Assembly (NCBI GenBank): GCA_046757665.1 | Contig: JBHHYO010000007.1 | Coordinates: forward strand, 1,173 to 65,172 | Source of the DNA: Nitrospinales bacterium | GTDB taxonomy: Bacteria > Nitrospinota > Nitrospinia > Nitrospinales > JAJDAT01 | DNA length: 64,000 nucleotides | Reading direction: 5' to 3' | In this document: positions 21,006-29,126 of the stretch, piece by piece | How positions within the stretch are numbered: the stretch's first letter is position 1 | How the letters are laid out: each line of letters opens with the position of its first letter | Program-made: the position numbers and the translations under genes | Notes under the pieces: model-generated | Database searches by the model: none | What the model was told of the DNA's origin: nothing | The model's input: the letters and a program-made list of their open reading frames with translations, nothing else

Positions 21006-21335
21006 ATGACAAGAACCTCCGCAACCGTAGAGCAAGTCCGAGAGGGCCAGGAATATTTCAAAAAAGGCATGAACCTTCATGAAGCCAAGAGCTTCAAGGA
21101 GGCTATTGAGATTTTTAAAAAGTGCGCTTTGATCAACCCCTACGACCCCGCGCATGTGGACGAACTGACCCGGAAGCTGAAACAGGGTTCCTATAAACTG
21201 TTGCAGGAAAGCGTTGCTTATATGGGGTGCGCGGCGGTACACCTCAATAAGCTGATCGGTGAACTGGATGACCGGCAGAAAGAACAGGTCCCTCTGGACC
21301 CGTCGCTGAGCAAGGTTTTCAGCGACTGGGAATGA
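21006..21335 (+). CDS. Hypothetical protein (109 aa), TPR-like helical
   Basis: EGQEYFKKGMNLHEAKSFKEAIEIFKKCALINP resembles one TPR unit. Ends 7 nt before the radical SAM gene. Confidence 0.5.
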   Translation: MTRTSATVEQVREGQEYFKKGMNLHEAKSFKEAIEIFKKCALINPYDPAHVDELTRKLKQGSYKLLQESVAYMGCAAVHLNKLIGELDDRQKEQVPLDPSLSKVFSDWE

Positions 21336-21342
21336 GGCGGCC

Positions 21343-22545
21343 ATGACCCGGGAGAGCTTAAATGACGTTTTACTGCGGGAAATTTATGACCGCAAAATCC
21401 CCCTGAGCCTGGGAAAAACCTGTCCGGTGAAGTGCACTTTTTGCTATGAAAAAGACCACAGCTACCGGCAGACCTACGACGTTCCCCTGACCACCCAACA
21501 GCAGTGGGAGTTCATCCTGAATACCATCGAAAAAATCCCCACGCAAAAAGACGAGTCCTGGGTGTTGGGCGGCAATGAATACATGGAATGGACCGATATC
21601 TTTTTGCACCCTCGGGCGTTTGACTGGATGGAGGAGTTCCTGGCCGCGACGGACAAAAAACTCATCTTTTTTACGGTGGGTTACGTCGATCCCGTACGGA
21701 TCAACCGGCTGGTTGAGAAGTATCCGGGAAGGATCGATTTTGAACTGTCGGTCATCACACTGAGTTCCCATCGTAAAAAACTGATGCCTCATGCGCCTTC
21801 CGTGGATCAGGTGTTGAAGATCCTTGAGGGGCCTGCGGTGACGTCGGCAAACTTTTATTCCCTGGGGCCGGGAACTCTGTCGGAAGATGCCAAAACGATT
21901 TCCAGAGTGAACCGCGCCTGCGATTTGTGGGTCGGTTGCCTGACCCCGCTGAAGTACATTGACCCGGAGACGACCGCCTTGATGCGTCAGGGAGAAAAGT
22001 TTTTGCCGCAGGAAGCGCGGGAAATGTATTACGCCAACCTGCCCAACAACCAGTTGATTCATACCCAGTCTTATATCACCGCCTTTTTAAACAGAAAAAA
22101 AATCATCAAAACCTTCGACGCCTGCGAACTGGAAAAACACGATACGGTGGTGGTGTCCAAGAGCCTGTACCGGGTTTTGACTCTGTTGCGGCGCGGCCGC
22201 GCCCGGCTTCTTTATGTTCCCAATCATATGCTGGGCGGCGACTCCGATTGCGTCACCCTGCTCACCTTCGATGATATCGCCCGGCGGCTGACTTCCGAAA
22301 AGCGCGTGTTTTTGCCGAAAGTGATTATGGAAAAAACCTCCCGGGAAGAAGCGGATATCGCCGGAACGTCCTTCGAGGAGTTTAAGACCCGGTTTCCGCG
22401 GGTCCGGTTCAAAGTCCTGCACAAGGTCAACACGCGGTTTTCCAACCGGAAATTATATGAGAAGGGGTATGTCAAAAATTATGTTGAAGATTACCTGCAA
22501 AATCCGTTGGCAAAAAAATTCGAGGCCGTCCCGCTACCCAATTGA
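21343..22545 (+). CDS. Radical SAM protein with DUF512-like C-terminal region (no PDZ)
   Basis: CxxxCxxC cluster motif in GKTCPVKCTFCYE. The C-terminal VPNHMLGGDSDCVTLLTFDDIARRL resembles the DUF512 N-x-FFG...GLLTG-DI motif as I remember it. Confidence 0.7.
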   Translation: MTRESLNDVLLREIYDRKIPLSLGKTCPVKCTFCYEKDHSYRQTYDVPLTTQQQWEFILNTIEKIPTQKDESWVLGGNEYMEWTDIFLHPRAFDWMEEFLAATDKKLIFFTVGYVDPVRINRLVEKYPGRIDFELSVITLSSHRKKLMPHAPSVDQVLKILEGPAVTSANFYSLGPGTLSEDAKTISRVNRACDLWVGCLTPLKYIDPETTALMRQGEKFLPQEAREMYYANLPNNQLIHTQSYITAFLNRKKIIKTFDACELEKHDTVVVSKSLYRVLTLLRRGRARLLYVPNHMLGGDSDCVTLLTFDDIARRLTSEKRVFLPKVIMEKTSREEADIAGTSFEEFKTRFPRVRFKVLHKVNTRFSNRKLYEKGYVKNYVEDYLQNPLAKKFEAVPLPN

Positions 22546-22566
22546 TCGTTCGATAAAGGAGCTTCC

Positions 22567-22761
22567 ATGCAGTATTGGTTAAAAGTGATCTTTGTGGATA
22601 ATCAGGAATTGATGTTGGAAAATACCGAGAAACACTTTATCAGCGATGACCTGGAAGTGCTCGAGGTGACCACTACCGCCGAAGTTTATATGATCCCCGT
22701 CCGGCAGATTAAGTATATTTCGTGCGACGCGAAAATATTTAAAAAATTGACGGGGGCCTGA
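22567..22761 (+). CDS. Small hypothetical protein (64 aa)
   Basis: AAGGAG 6 nt upstream of the ATG. Starts 21 nt after the radical SAM stop. No motif recognised. Confidence 0.45.
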   Translation: MQYWLKVIFVDNQELMLENTEKHFISDDLEVLEVTTTAEVYMIPVRQIKYISCDAKIFKKLTGA

Positions 22762-22857
22762 TCGAGGAGATGAAGATGGTTTCCCCGGCATCCCGGCCTC
22801 CCGTGGCCGGGGAGAAGGAAGCCCCGATGACACTTGATGTTGCGCGGACGACCCGGG

Positions 22858-23160
22858 CTAAAACTTGATTCCGGCTTTTTTCAACCACAGGTTCTCGTCA
22901 AAATCCTCATCATGCGGTTTCAGCTTCCCGGATTGGCGCGTTTCGGGTTCTCCATCCGCCGGGCGGGAAGCGGAGTGAATCGACTCGGATAACTCCTCCA
23001 GGCTCAGTATGACATTCATAACCGCCATGCCGTCAATCCGTCCCTCGGATTGAAGCTCTCGCAAAAGTTCCCGTACTTCTCCGGAGGAAACAATGGCCTT
23101 CATAATGGCGTTATGCAGTTTTTCATAAATCCAGTTTGGCGATTCGTCAAGTGGGTTCAT
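22858..23160 (-). CDS. Hypothetical protein (100 aa)
   Basis: AAGGAGG 10 nt upstream of the ATG at 23160. The upstream part of ORF 22858..23346 is AT-rich and unlikely to be coding. Confidence 0.4.
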   Translation of the reverse strand: MNPLDESPNWIYEKLHNAIMKAIVSSGEVRELLRELQSEGRIDGMAVMNVILSLEELSESIHSASRPADGEPETRQSGKLKPHDEDFDENLWLKKAGIKF

Positions 23161-23415
23161 GGGGATACAGCCTCCTTGAAAATGGTGGACGGGCGGTTGG
23201 AACACCGTCAAAAAAATCTCTGAAGTCTGTAAACAGCAAGATATATGCCAACCGGCATGGTGTTTCCTCATTCCGCTCCCTGGGTCCTCAAATTTCAAGA
23301 TCATCCAAAAATTTTTTTGTTTTTCCCCGCTCCTTTTTCTTGCCATGGATTTGGCGCCATTTTATAACAAATTGAATTTATTGATATTATATCTATTTCT
23401 CAAAAGGCCGCTATT

Positions 23416-23431
23416 TGGTACGTGCGTTGCA
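23416..23431 (+). promoter_or_regulatory. Sigma-54 type -24/-12 promoter (TGGTAC-N5-TTGCA)
   Basis: tggtacgtgcgttgca. GG at 23417-18 and GC at 23429-30 give exactly 12-nt register. 44 nt upstream of the ATG at 23474. Confidence 0.5.
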
Positions 23432-23473
23432 AAGCTTATCCTGATTGTGTAGCAATTTATTTTTGCGGGGACG

Positions 23474-24556
23474 ATGGCGAGACGGGAAAATTCTTTGTTG
23501 TTCGTTTTCTGGGAAGCGACGACGGCTTGCAATCTGGAATGTGTGCACTGCCGGCGGCTTGAAATCGGAAAGAAGCTCTCCCGGGAAGACCTTGCCACCG
23601 AGGAAGTTTTTTGGTTGATTCAGGGGCTCGCCGCCGACTTTCACAAACCCCCCATAGTGGTTTTGAGCGGCGGAGAGCCTTTGATTCGCCCCGACATTTT
23701 CGACATCGCCGAATATGCCGAGCGGATGGGAGTTTCGATGGCCCTGGCGACCAACGGCACGTTGATAGACCGCGAGGTGGCCGGGAAAATTGCGGCGTCG
23801 GCCATCCGGCGGGTCTCCATCAGCCTGGACGGGGCCAACGCGGAAACTCATGACCGGTTCCGCCGGATGCCGGGATCGTTTGCGGCGGCCCTGCGCGGTA
23901 TCCGTCACCTGCGTACAGTGGGGGTTTCATTCCAGATCAATACGACTCTCACAAGGCAAAACCTGCGCTACCTCGACGAGGTGTATCGTCTCAGTCTGGC
24001 ATTGGGCGCCGATGCGTTGTATTTTTTTCTGCTTGTCCCCGTGGGATGTGGTCTGGAGATCAAGGAGGAAGCTCAGTTAAGCCCCGAGGAATACGAGGCG
24101 GCGCTCCAGAAAATTCATGGTTTGTCGCTTGAGGGAAAAATCCATGTCCGGCCTATTTGCGCGCCGCATTATTTCCGTGTTCTGGCGCAAAACAAAAGCT
24201 CGATCCCCAAAAGAAAAAATGTGTTGAACCGGATGTCCCGGGGATGTCTCGCGGGGACGGGCATCTGTTTCATTTCCCACAAGGGAGAGGTGTTCCCTTG
24301 CGGATACCTTCCGGAAATTTGCGGCAATGTCCGGGAACGAAGCCTCAAGCACATTTGGGAAAACGCCGCCGTTTTTTCGGCTTTGCGCGACCCGGAGCTT
24401 TTGCAGGGAAAATGCGGGCTGTGCCGGTTCAAGCGGATTTGCACCGGTTGCCGGGCACGGGCTTATGAGGAGTCGGGGAACTTCCTCGCCGAGGAGCCCA
24501 ACTGCCTTTATCAACCGCAATCCGGGCAGGTTTCAAGCAGGCCCGCCCTTCATTGA
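23474..24556 (+). CDS. Radical SAM/SPASM protein, AhbD/NirJ-like
   Basis: ATTACNLECVHCRR (CxxxCxxC), GGEPLIRPD, ICAPHYFR, and a C-terminal Cys cluster CGLCRFKRICTGC. Confidence 0.8.
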   Translation: MARRENSLLFVFWEATTACNLECVHCRRLEIGKKLSREDLATEEVFWLIQGLAADFHKPPIVVLSGGEPLIRPDIFDIAEYAERMGVSMALATNGTLIDREVAGKIAASAIRRVSISLDGANAETHDRFRRMPGSFAAALRGIRHLRTVGVSFQINTTLTRQNLRYLDEVYRLSLALGADALYFFLLVPVGCGLEIKEEAQLSPEEYEAALQKIHGLSLEGKIHVRPICAPHYFRVLAQNKSSIPKRKNVLNRMSRGCLAGTGICFISHKGEVFPCGYLPEICGNVRERSLKHIWENAAVFSALRDPELLQGKCGLCRFKRICTGCRARAYEESGNFLAEEPNCLYQPQSGQVSSRPALH

Positions 24557-24565
24557 ATCCCGGTT

Positions 24566-26581
24566 TTATCCTCCCACCGCGTGGCACCTGACGTAAGAAG
24601 TTCCCATGTCCGTTTGTTCCGGATAAGTGGATCGGCATTTTTGCTGTAGCGGCGAACCGTCGGGTTCACTCAGAAAAATCGGGCAACGGGGGTGAAAATG
24701 GCATCCGGACGGCGGGGTCAAGGGGGAGGGGACGTCTCCCACCAGGTTCTCGAAGGGTTTCCTTTCCTCCAGGCTGGGTACGGCCTTCAACAGCGAACGA
24801 GTGTACGGATGCCTCGGGTTGCCGAACAACTCCTCCACCGGGGCGTATTCGACAATGCGCCCAAGATACATGATAGCCACGGTGTCCGCCAGATAGCGCA
24901 CGGTACTCAGGTTATGGGTGATGAAAAGGTAGGTCAGATTTCTTTTTCCCTGCAACTCCCGCAACAGGTTGAGGACCTGGGCTTGCACGGAAACGTCCAG
25001 GGCGCTGGTCGGCTCGTCGAGCAGGATGAACTCCGGTTCGAGGATGAGAGCGCGGGCGATGGCGATTCTCTGGCGTTGTCCGCCGGAAAACTCGTGCGGA
25101 TAGCGGTCGGCGGCTGAGGCGCCCAGGCCGACCTCCCCAAGGGCGTCCGCCACCTTCTGGCGCTTTTCTTCTTCTCCCACGTCCGGAAAATGCACGTGCA
25201 GTCCCTCGCTGACGATATCCTGAATGATCATCCGCGGCGACAGTGAGCCGAACGGGTCCTGAAAAACGGCTTGCAAGTGCCGGCGCATTTTTTTTAACTC
25301 CTCGGTTGGCAGGCTCATCAGGTCGCGGCCGTTAAAGAGCACTTGGCCCCTGGCTTCGCGCGACAGGCGCAGGATGGATTCGCCGAACGTGGTTTTGCCG
25401 CAACCCGACTCGCCCACCAGGGCCAGGGTGGCGCCGCGTTTCAGGTCCAGGCTGACGTCGTCCACGGCTTTGACGTAGGCCGCCACCCGGCGCAGGATGC
25501 CCTTGCGGACGGGGAACCAGGTTTTTAAGTTTTTAACCGAGATCAGATTATCGGAGCCGATGGCGCGCGGCGGCGCGGGGATGCGTTCCTGGTCCGCCTC
25601 CAGAACGCTTGACCCGGCGTTTTCCAGCAGGTGGCAGGCGGCGAGGTGCCCCGAGGAAACCCGGTGCGCGGCGCTTTCCCGCGTCCGGCAGACCTCCATC
25701 GTGAAGGGACAGCGGTCGTGAAACAAACAGCAGTTGTCCACGTACTCCGTGGCCGACGGAACCATGCCCGGAATGGTGCGCAAATAATATTTCGCGTCGC
25801 CGGGTTTGGGAATCGAGTCGAACAGCCTGCGGGTATAGGGATGCGCCATGTGGCTGAAGATTTTTTCGCGGCTCCCCTGTTCGACAATCTTGCCGGCGTA
25901 CATGATGCAAATGTCGTCCGCCATCTGGTTGACGATTCCCATGTCGTGGGTGATCAGGAGAATGGCCATGCCGGTTTGCTGTTGCAGGTCGGCCATCAGT
26001 TTCAGAACCTGGGCCTGGATGGTGACGTCGAGGGCCGTGGTCGGTTCGTCGGCGATCAGCAGTTGCGGTTCGCACGCCAGCGCCATGGCGATCATGACCC
26101 GTTGTTTCATGCCGCCGGAAAGCTCGTGCGGAAAGTTGTCGATACGCTTGTCCGGGTCGGGGATGCCGACTCGTTGCAACAATTCGATCGTGCGTTGCCG
26201 TGCCTCTCCCTTCTCCATCCGGCGGTGCAGGCGCAGGGGTTCCTCCAACTGGTTACCGATGCGGTACAGCGGGTTGAGCGAAGACATGGGTTCCTGGAAG
26301 ATCATGCTGATGTCGTTGCCGCGGGTGTCCCGCATTTCCTCCTCGGAGAGCGTCGCCAGGTCCCGGTTGTTGAAACGGATTTCCCCGGACGGGTGCCAGC
26401 CGTTTTCGGCGATCAGGCGGATCAGGGAAAAGGCCGTCTGGGTTTTGCCGCAACCCGACTCGCCCACCAGGGCCAGGGTTTTGCCCTGCTCCAGATCGAA
26501 GGAAATCCCGTCCACCGCCTTGGCGGTGCGGTCGAACCCCACCCGGAAATAGGTGCGCAGGTTTTTAACGGTCAGGAGCAT
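24566..26581 (-). CDS. ABC transporter ATP-binding protein, duplicated ATPase (YejF/DppDF-fusion type)
   Basis: Two Walker A motifs (LVGESGCGKTQT, LVGESGCGKTTF), two signatures (LSGGMKQRV, FSGGQRQRI), and oligopeptide-type C-terminal extensions. Confidence 0.92.
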   Translation of the reverse strand: MLLTVKNLRTYFRVGFDRTAKAVDGISFDLEQGKTLALVGESGCGKTQTAFSLIRLIAENGWHPSGEIRFNNRDLATLSEEEMRDTRGNDISMIFQEPMSSLNPLYRIGNQLEEPLRLHRRMEKGEARQRTIELLQRVGIPDPDKRIDNFPHELSGGMKQRVMIAMALACEPQLLIADEPTTALDVTIQAQVLKLMADLQQQTGMAILLITHDMGIVNQMADDICIMYAGKIVEQGSREKIFSHMAHPYTRRLFDSIPKPGDAKYYLRTIPGMVPSATEYVDNCCLFHDRCPFTMEVCRTRESAAHRVSSGHLAACHLLENAGSSVLEADQERIPAPPRAIGSDNLISVKNLKTWFPVRKGILRRVAAYVKAVDDVSLDLKRGATLALVGESGCGKTTFGESILRLSREARGQVLFNGRDLMSLPTEELKKMRRHLQAVFQDPFGSLSPRMIIQDIVSEGLHVHFPDVGEEEKRQKVADALGEVGLGASAADRYPHEFSGGQRQRIAIARALILEPEFILLDEPTSALDVSVQAQVLNLLRELQGKRNLTYLFITHNLSTVRYLADTVAIMYLGRIVEYAPVEELFGNPRHPYTRSLLKAVPSLEERKPFENLVGDVPSPLTPPSGCHFHPRCPIFLSEPDGSPLQQKCRSTYPEQTDMGTSYVRCHAVGG

Positions 26582-27925
26582 TTAGATTTTTTTGGGGTCG
26601 AAGGCATTGCGGATTCCCTCGCCGAAAAAAGTCAGGAGCGTCAAGGTTGTCGTGAGCGCCAGGAACGTGGGCAGGATGATCCAGGTGGCTTGCAGGTTGG
26701 CCTTGCCTTGCGCCAGCAGTTCGCCCATGCTGGGAGCGGGGCTGGGAACGCCCAGGTTCAGGTAGTCCAGGGCAACGAGCGCCAGAATGCCCGCGGTGAC
26801 TTCAAAAGGGAAAAAGGTCACCACCGGCGTCAGGGAGTTGGGCAAAATGTGGCGGCGCATGATTTCAAAATCCGACACGCCCATCGCCTTGGCCGCCTTG
26901 ACGTATTCCATGTTGCGGGTTTTCAGAAACTCGGCGCGAATGTAGGCCGCAATGCCCATCCAGGCGGTCAGATTCAGGATAAGAAACAACAGCAACGCCG
27001 ATGGCACCAGGAAGGAACTGAGAATGATAAGAATGTAAAGCCGCGGAATGGAACCCCAGATTTCGGTCAGGCGCTGGCCGATCAGGTCCACCCAGCCGCC
27101 GAAATAGCCCTGGACGCCGCCGATCAGGCATCCCAGCAGGGTGCCGGTTATGGCCAGCGAGAGGCCGAAAATCAGGGAGATGCGGAATCCGTAGATCAGG
27201 CGGGCGAGAACGTCCCGCCCCCGGTCGTCGGTGCCCAGGTAGTGTCCGTCCTCCCAGGAGGAAGCGAGCGTCTGGCCACCTTCCGAGATGGAGTAAGGCG
27301 CCGCCAGCACCACCGTTCCGGTTTTGCTTTGCGTAGGGATATATTTGTAGTCGTAACGCACCGGCGGCCAGACGATCCAGTAATCCCGGGGAGCGCCGCG
27401 TGGTGCGTTGCCGGCGGCGTTTATCCGGCCTTCAGGTGTCGGGGCCGGGTCGGATGCTCCGGGCTCCTCCTCTTCCTCAAAGTCGTCCAGTCCAAGGTCG
27501 AAGGCCGGCGGTGGTTCCTTTGCGGTAGCGGATTCATCATCTTCAAAGTCGTCAATATCTAATGTAAAACTTTTATTATTATCTATTAACTTTCTATTAT
27601 TAAATGATAATTTCTTACCGCTGTTGTCCGTGGATTGATGGCTGTCCCTGCTCGCCGGGTTCCCCTCCAAAAGCCGGATAAACGTTTCCGATTTGTAATC
27701 GGGTTCGCTGGGCAGAGTGCCGCCGAAATCCTTTTCACTGTAGCGGAAGAAAATGGGGAAGTAAGGTTTTCCGTCCACGACCAGCAACAGGGGCCGTATG
27801 TTGCAAATCAACTCCGTGGGCAACGTGACGACAAAGGCGAACAGCAACAGCAAAAAACTGATGTAGGCCCTTTTGTCCTGCTTGAACTTTTGCAGTTTGA
27901 CTTCGATGTCCTTGCTCAGTTTCAT
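26582..27925 (-). CDS. ABC transporter permease (YejE-like) with ~90-aa low-complexity insertion in the first periplasmic loop
   Basis: HYLGTDDRGRDVLARLIYGFRISL, YVKAAKAMGVSDFEIMRRHILPN. 447 aa. Confidence 0.85.
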   Translation of the reverse strand: MKLSKDIEVKLQKFKQDKRAYISFLLLLFAFVVTLPTELICNIRPLLLVVDGKPYFPIFFRYSEKDFGGTLPSEPDYKSETFIRLLEGNPASRDSHQSTDNSGKKLSFNNRKLIDNNKSFTLDIDDFEDDESATAKEPPPAFDLGLDDFEEEEEPGASDPAPTPEGRINAAGNAPRGAPRDYWIVWPPVRYDYKYIPTQSKTGTVVLAAPYSISEGGQTLASSWEDGHYLGTDDRGRDVLARLIYGFRISLIFGLSLAITGTLLGCLIGGVQGYFGGWVDLIGQRLTEIWGSIPRLYILIILSSFLVPSALLLFLILNLTAWMGIAAYIRAEFLKTRNMEYVKAAKAMGVSDFEIMRRHILPNSLTPVVTFFPFEVTAGILALVALDYLNLGVPSPAPSMGELLAQGKANLQATWIILPTFLALTTTLTLLTFFGEGIRNAFDPKKI

Positions 27926-27931
27926 ATTCCG

Positions 27932-29071
27932 TTACCCTTGCGTTTCCTGGAAGGATATTCGCCGGTCGACGAGGACGTACGATAAATCGGTCAACAATTG
28001 TCCGAGCAAGCCGATCGAAGTGAAGATAAACAGTGCGCCCATGACGATGGGATAATCCCGCTGAATGACCGCTTCATAGGAAAGCAGGCCCAGTCCGTCC
28101 AGGGTGAAGATTTGCTCCAGCAGAAGGGAGCCGCTGAAAAACATGGCCAGGAAGCCGATGGGGAATCCCGTGATGAGGGGGATGAGGGAATTTTTCAGAA
28201 CGTGCTTGAAGAGCACGGTTTTTTCCGACAGCCCCTTGGCCCGGGCGGTCACCACGTACTGTTTTCGCATTTCCTCCAGGATGGCGTTTTTCGTCAACAT
28301 GGTCAGCGTGGCGAAACTGCCCAGCACGTAGCAAAACAGGGGCGCCGCGAGGTGGTGTAGGTAGTCGGTGAATTTGTGCCACAACGACCAGTCCTCGTAG
28401 CCCGGCGTGCCGGCGGACGTCAGGCCCGACAGGGGGATCAGGTGTGCGATGGCCCCGTCACCCGGCCCCAGGAAGACAATGAGAAAAATGGCGAGCACGA
28501 ATCCCGGCGTGCTGTAACCCAGGAGGACGATGACACTGCTGGTGGTGTCGAAGCCGGTGCCGTGCCGCACCGCCTTGGCGATGCCGAGAAGGATGCAGAC
28601 AAAATAGGACATGAAAAAACTGGTCACCCCCAGCGAGGCGGACACCGGGAGTTTCTCCAGGATAAGTTCGAGGACGGATTTGTTGCGGTAAAAAGAATCG
28701 CCGAACTTGAACACCAGAAAGCCTTCCCAGTTGCCGTAATCGAAGAACCTTTGCAGGAAGGGCGCGTCCGGGTTTTTCGGCGAATACCAGAGGAAAGTTC
28801 TCAGATAGCGTTCCCACAGCGGCCGGTCGAGGTTGTAGATTTTTTTTAACTGGTCCATGTATTTGGCGTCCAGTTCGCCGGCCCGCTTGGCGCCTTCCGC
28901 TAGGGCGCCGCCGCCCGCCTCGATCATCATGTCGCGGTGCCCCATGAGTAGCGCCTTCATCTGGTCGATCGGCCCCCCCGGAACGAATTGAATGACGATG
29001 AAGGTGATCGTGATGATCCCGATGAGGGTGGGAAACATCAATAAAAGGCGGCGGATGATGTAGCTAATCAT
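27932..29071 (-). CDS. ABC transporter permease (YejB-like)
   Basis: MISYIIRRLLLMFPTLIGIITITFIVIQFVPGGP, YVVTARAKGLSEKTVLFKHVLKNS. Confidence 0.88.
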   Translation of the reverse strand: MISYIIRRLLLMFPTLIGIITITFIVIQFVPGGPIDQMKALLMGHRDMMIEAGGGALAEGAKRAGELDAKYMDQLKKIYNLDRPLWERYLRTFLWYSPKNPDAPFLQRFFDYGNWEGFLVFKFGDSFYRNKSVLELILEKLPVSASLGVTSFFMSYFVCILLGIAKAVRHGTGFDTTSSVIVLLGYSTPGFVLAIFLIVFLGPGDGAIAHLIPLSGLTSAGTPGYEDWSLWHKFTDYLHHLAAPLFCYVLGSFATLTMLTKNAILEEMRKQYVVTARAKGLSEKTVLFKHVLKNSLIPLITGFPIGFLAMFFSGSLLLEQIFTLDGLGLLSYEAVIQRDYPIVMGALFIFTSIGLLGQLLTDLSYVLVDRRISFQETQG

Positions 29072-29126
29072 TTGTGGATTTCTTTCTTGAGGATTAACAA
29101 AAAGTTCGTCGAATAATCAAACGATG

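Noticed and set aside
22567-22761. Idea that the 64-aa ORF is a RiPP precursor for the adjacent radical SAM enzyme
   Set aside because: There is no leader/core organisation, no Cys/Ser/Thr-rich core and no recognisable RRE, protease or exporter nearby. It is kept only as a hypothesis inside the operon finding.
25631-27562. 643-aa plus-strand ORF spanning the ABC ATPase/permease junction
   Set aside because: It is antisense to two well-supported ABC genes and crosses their boundary. Typical GC-rich shadow frame.
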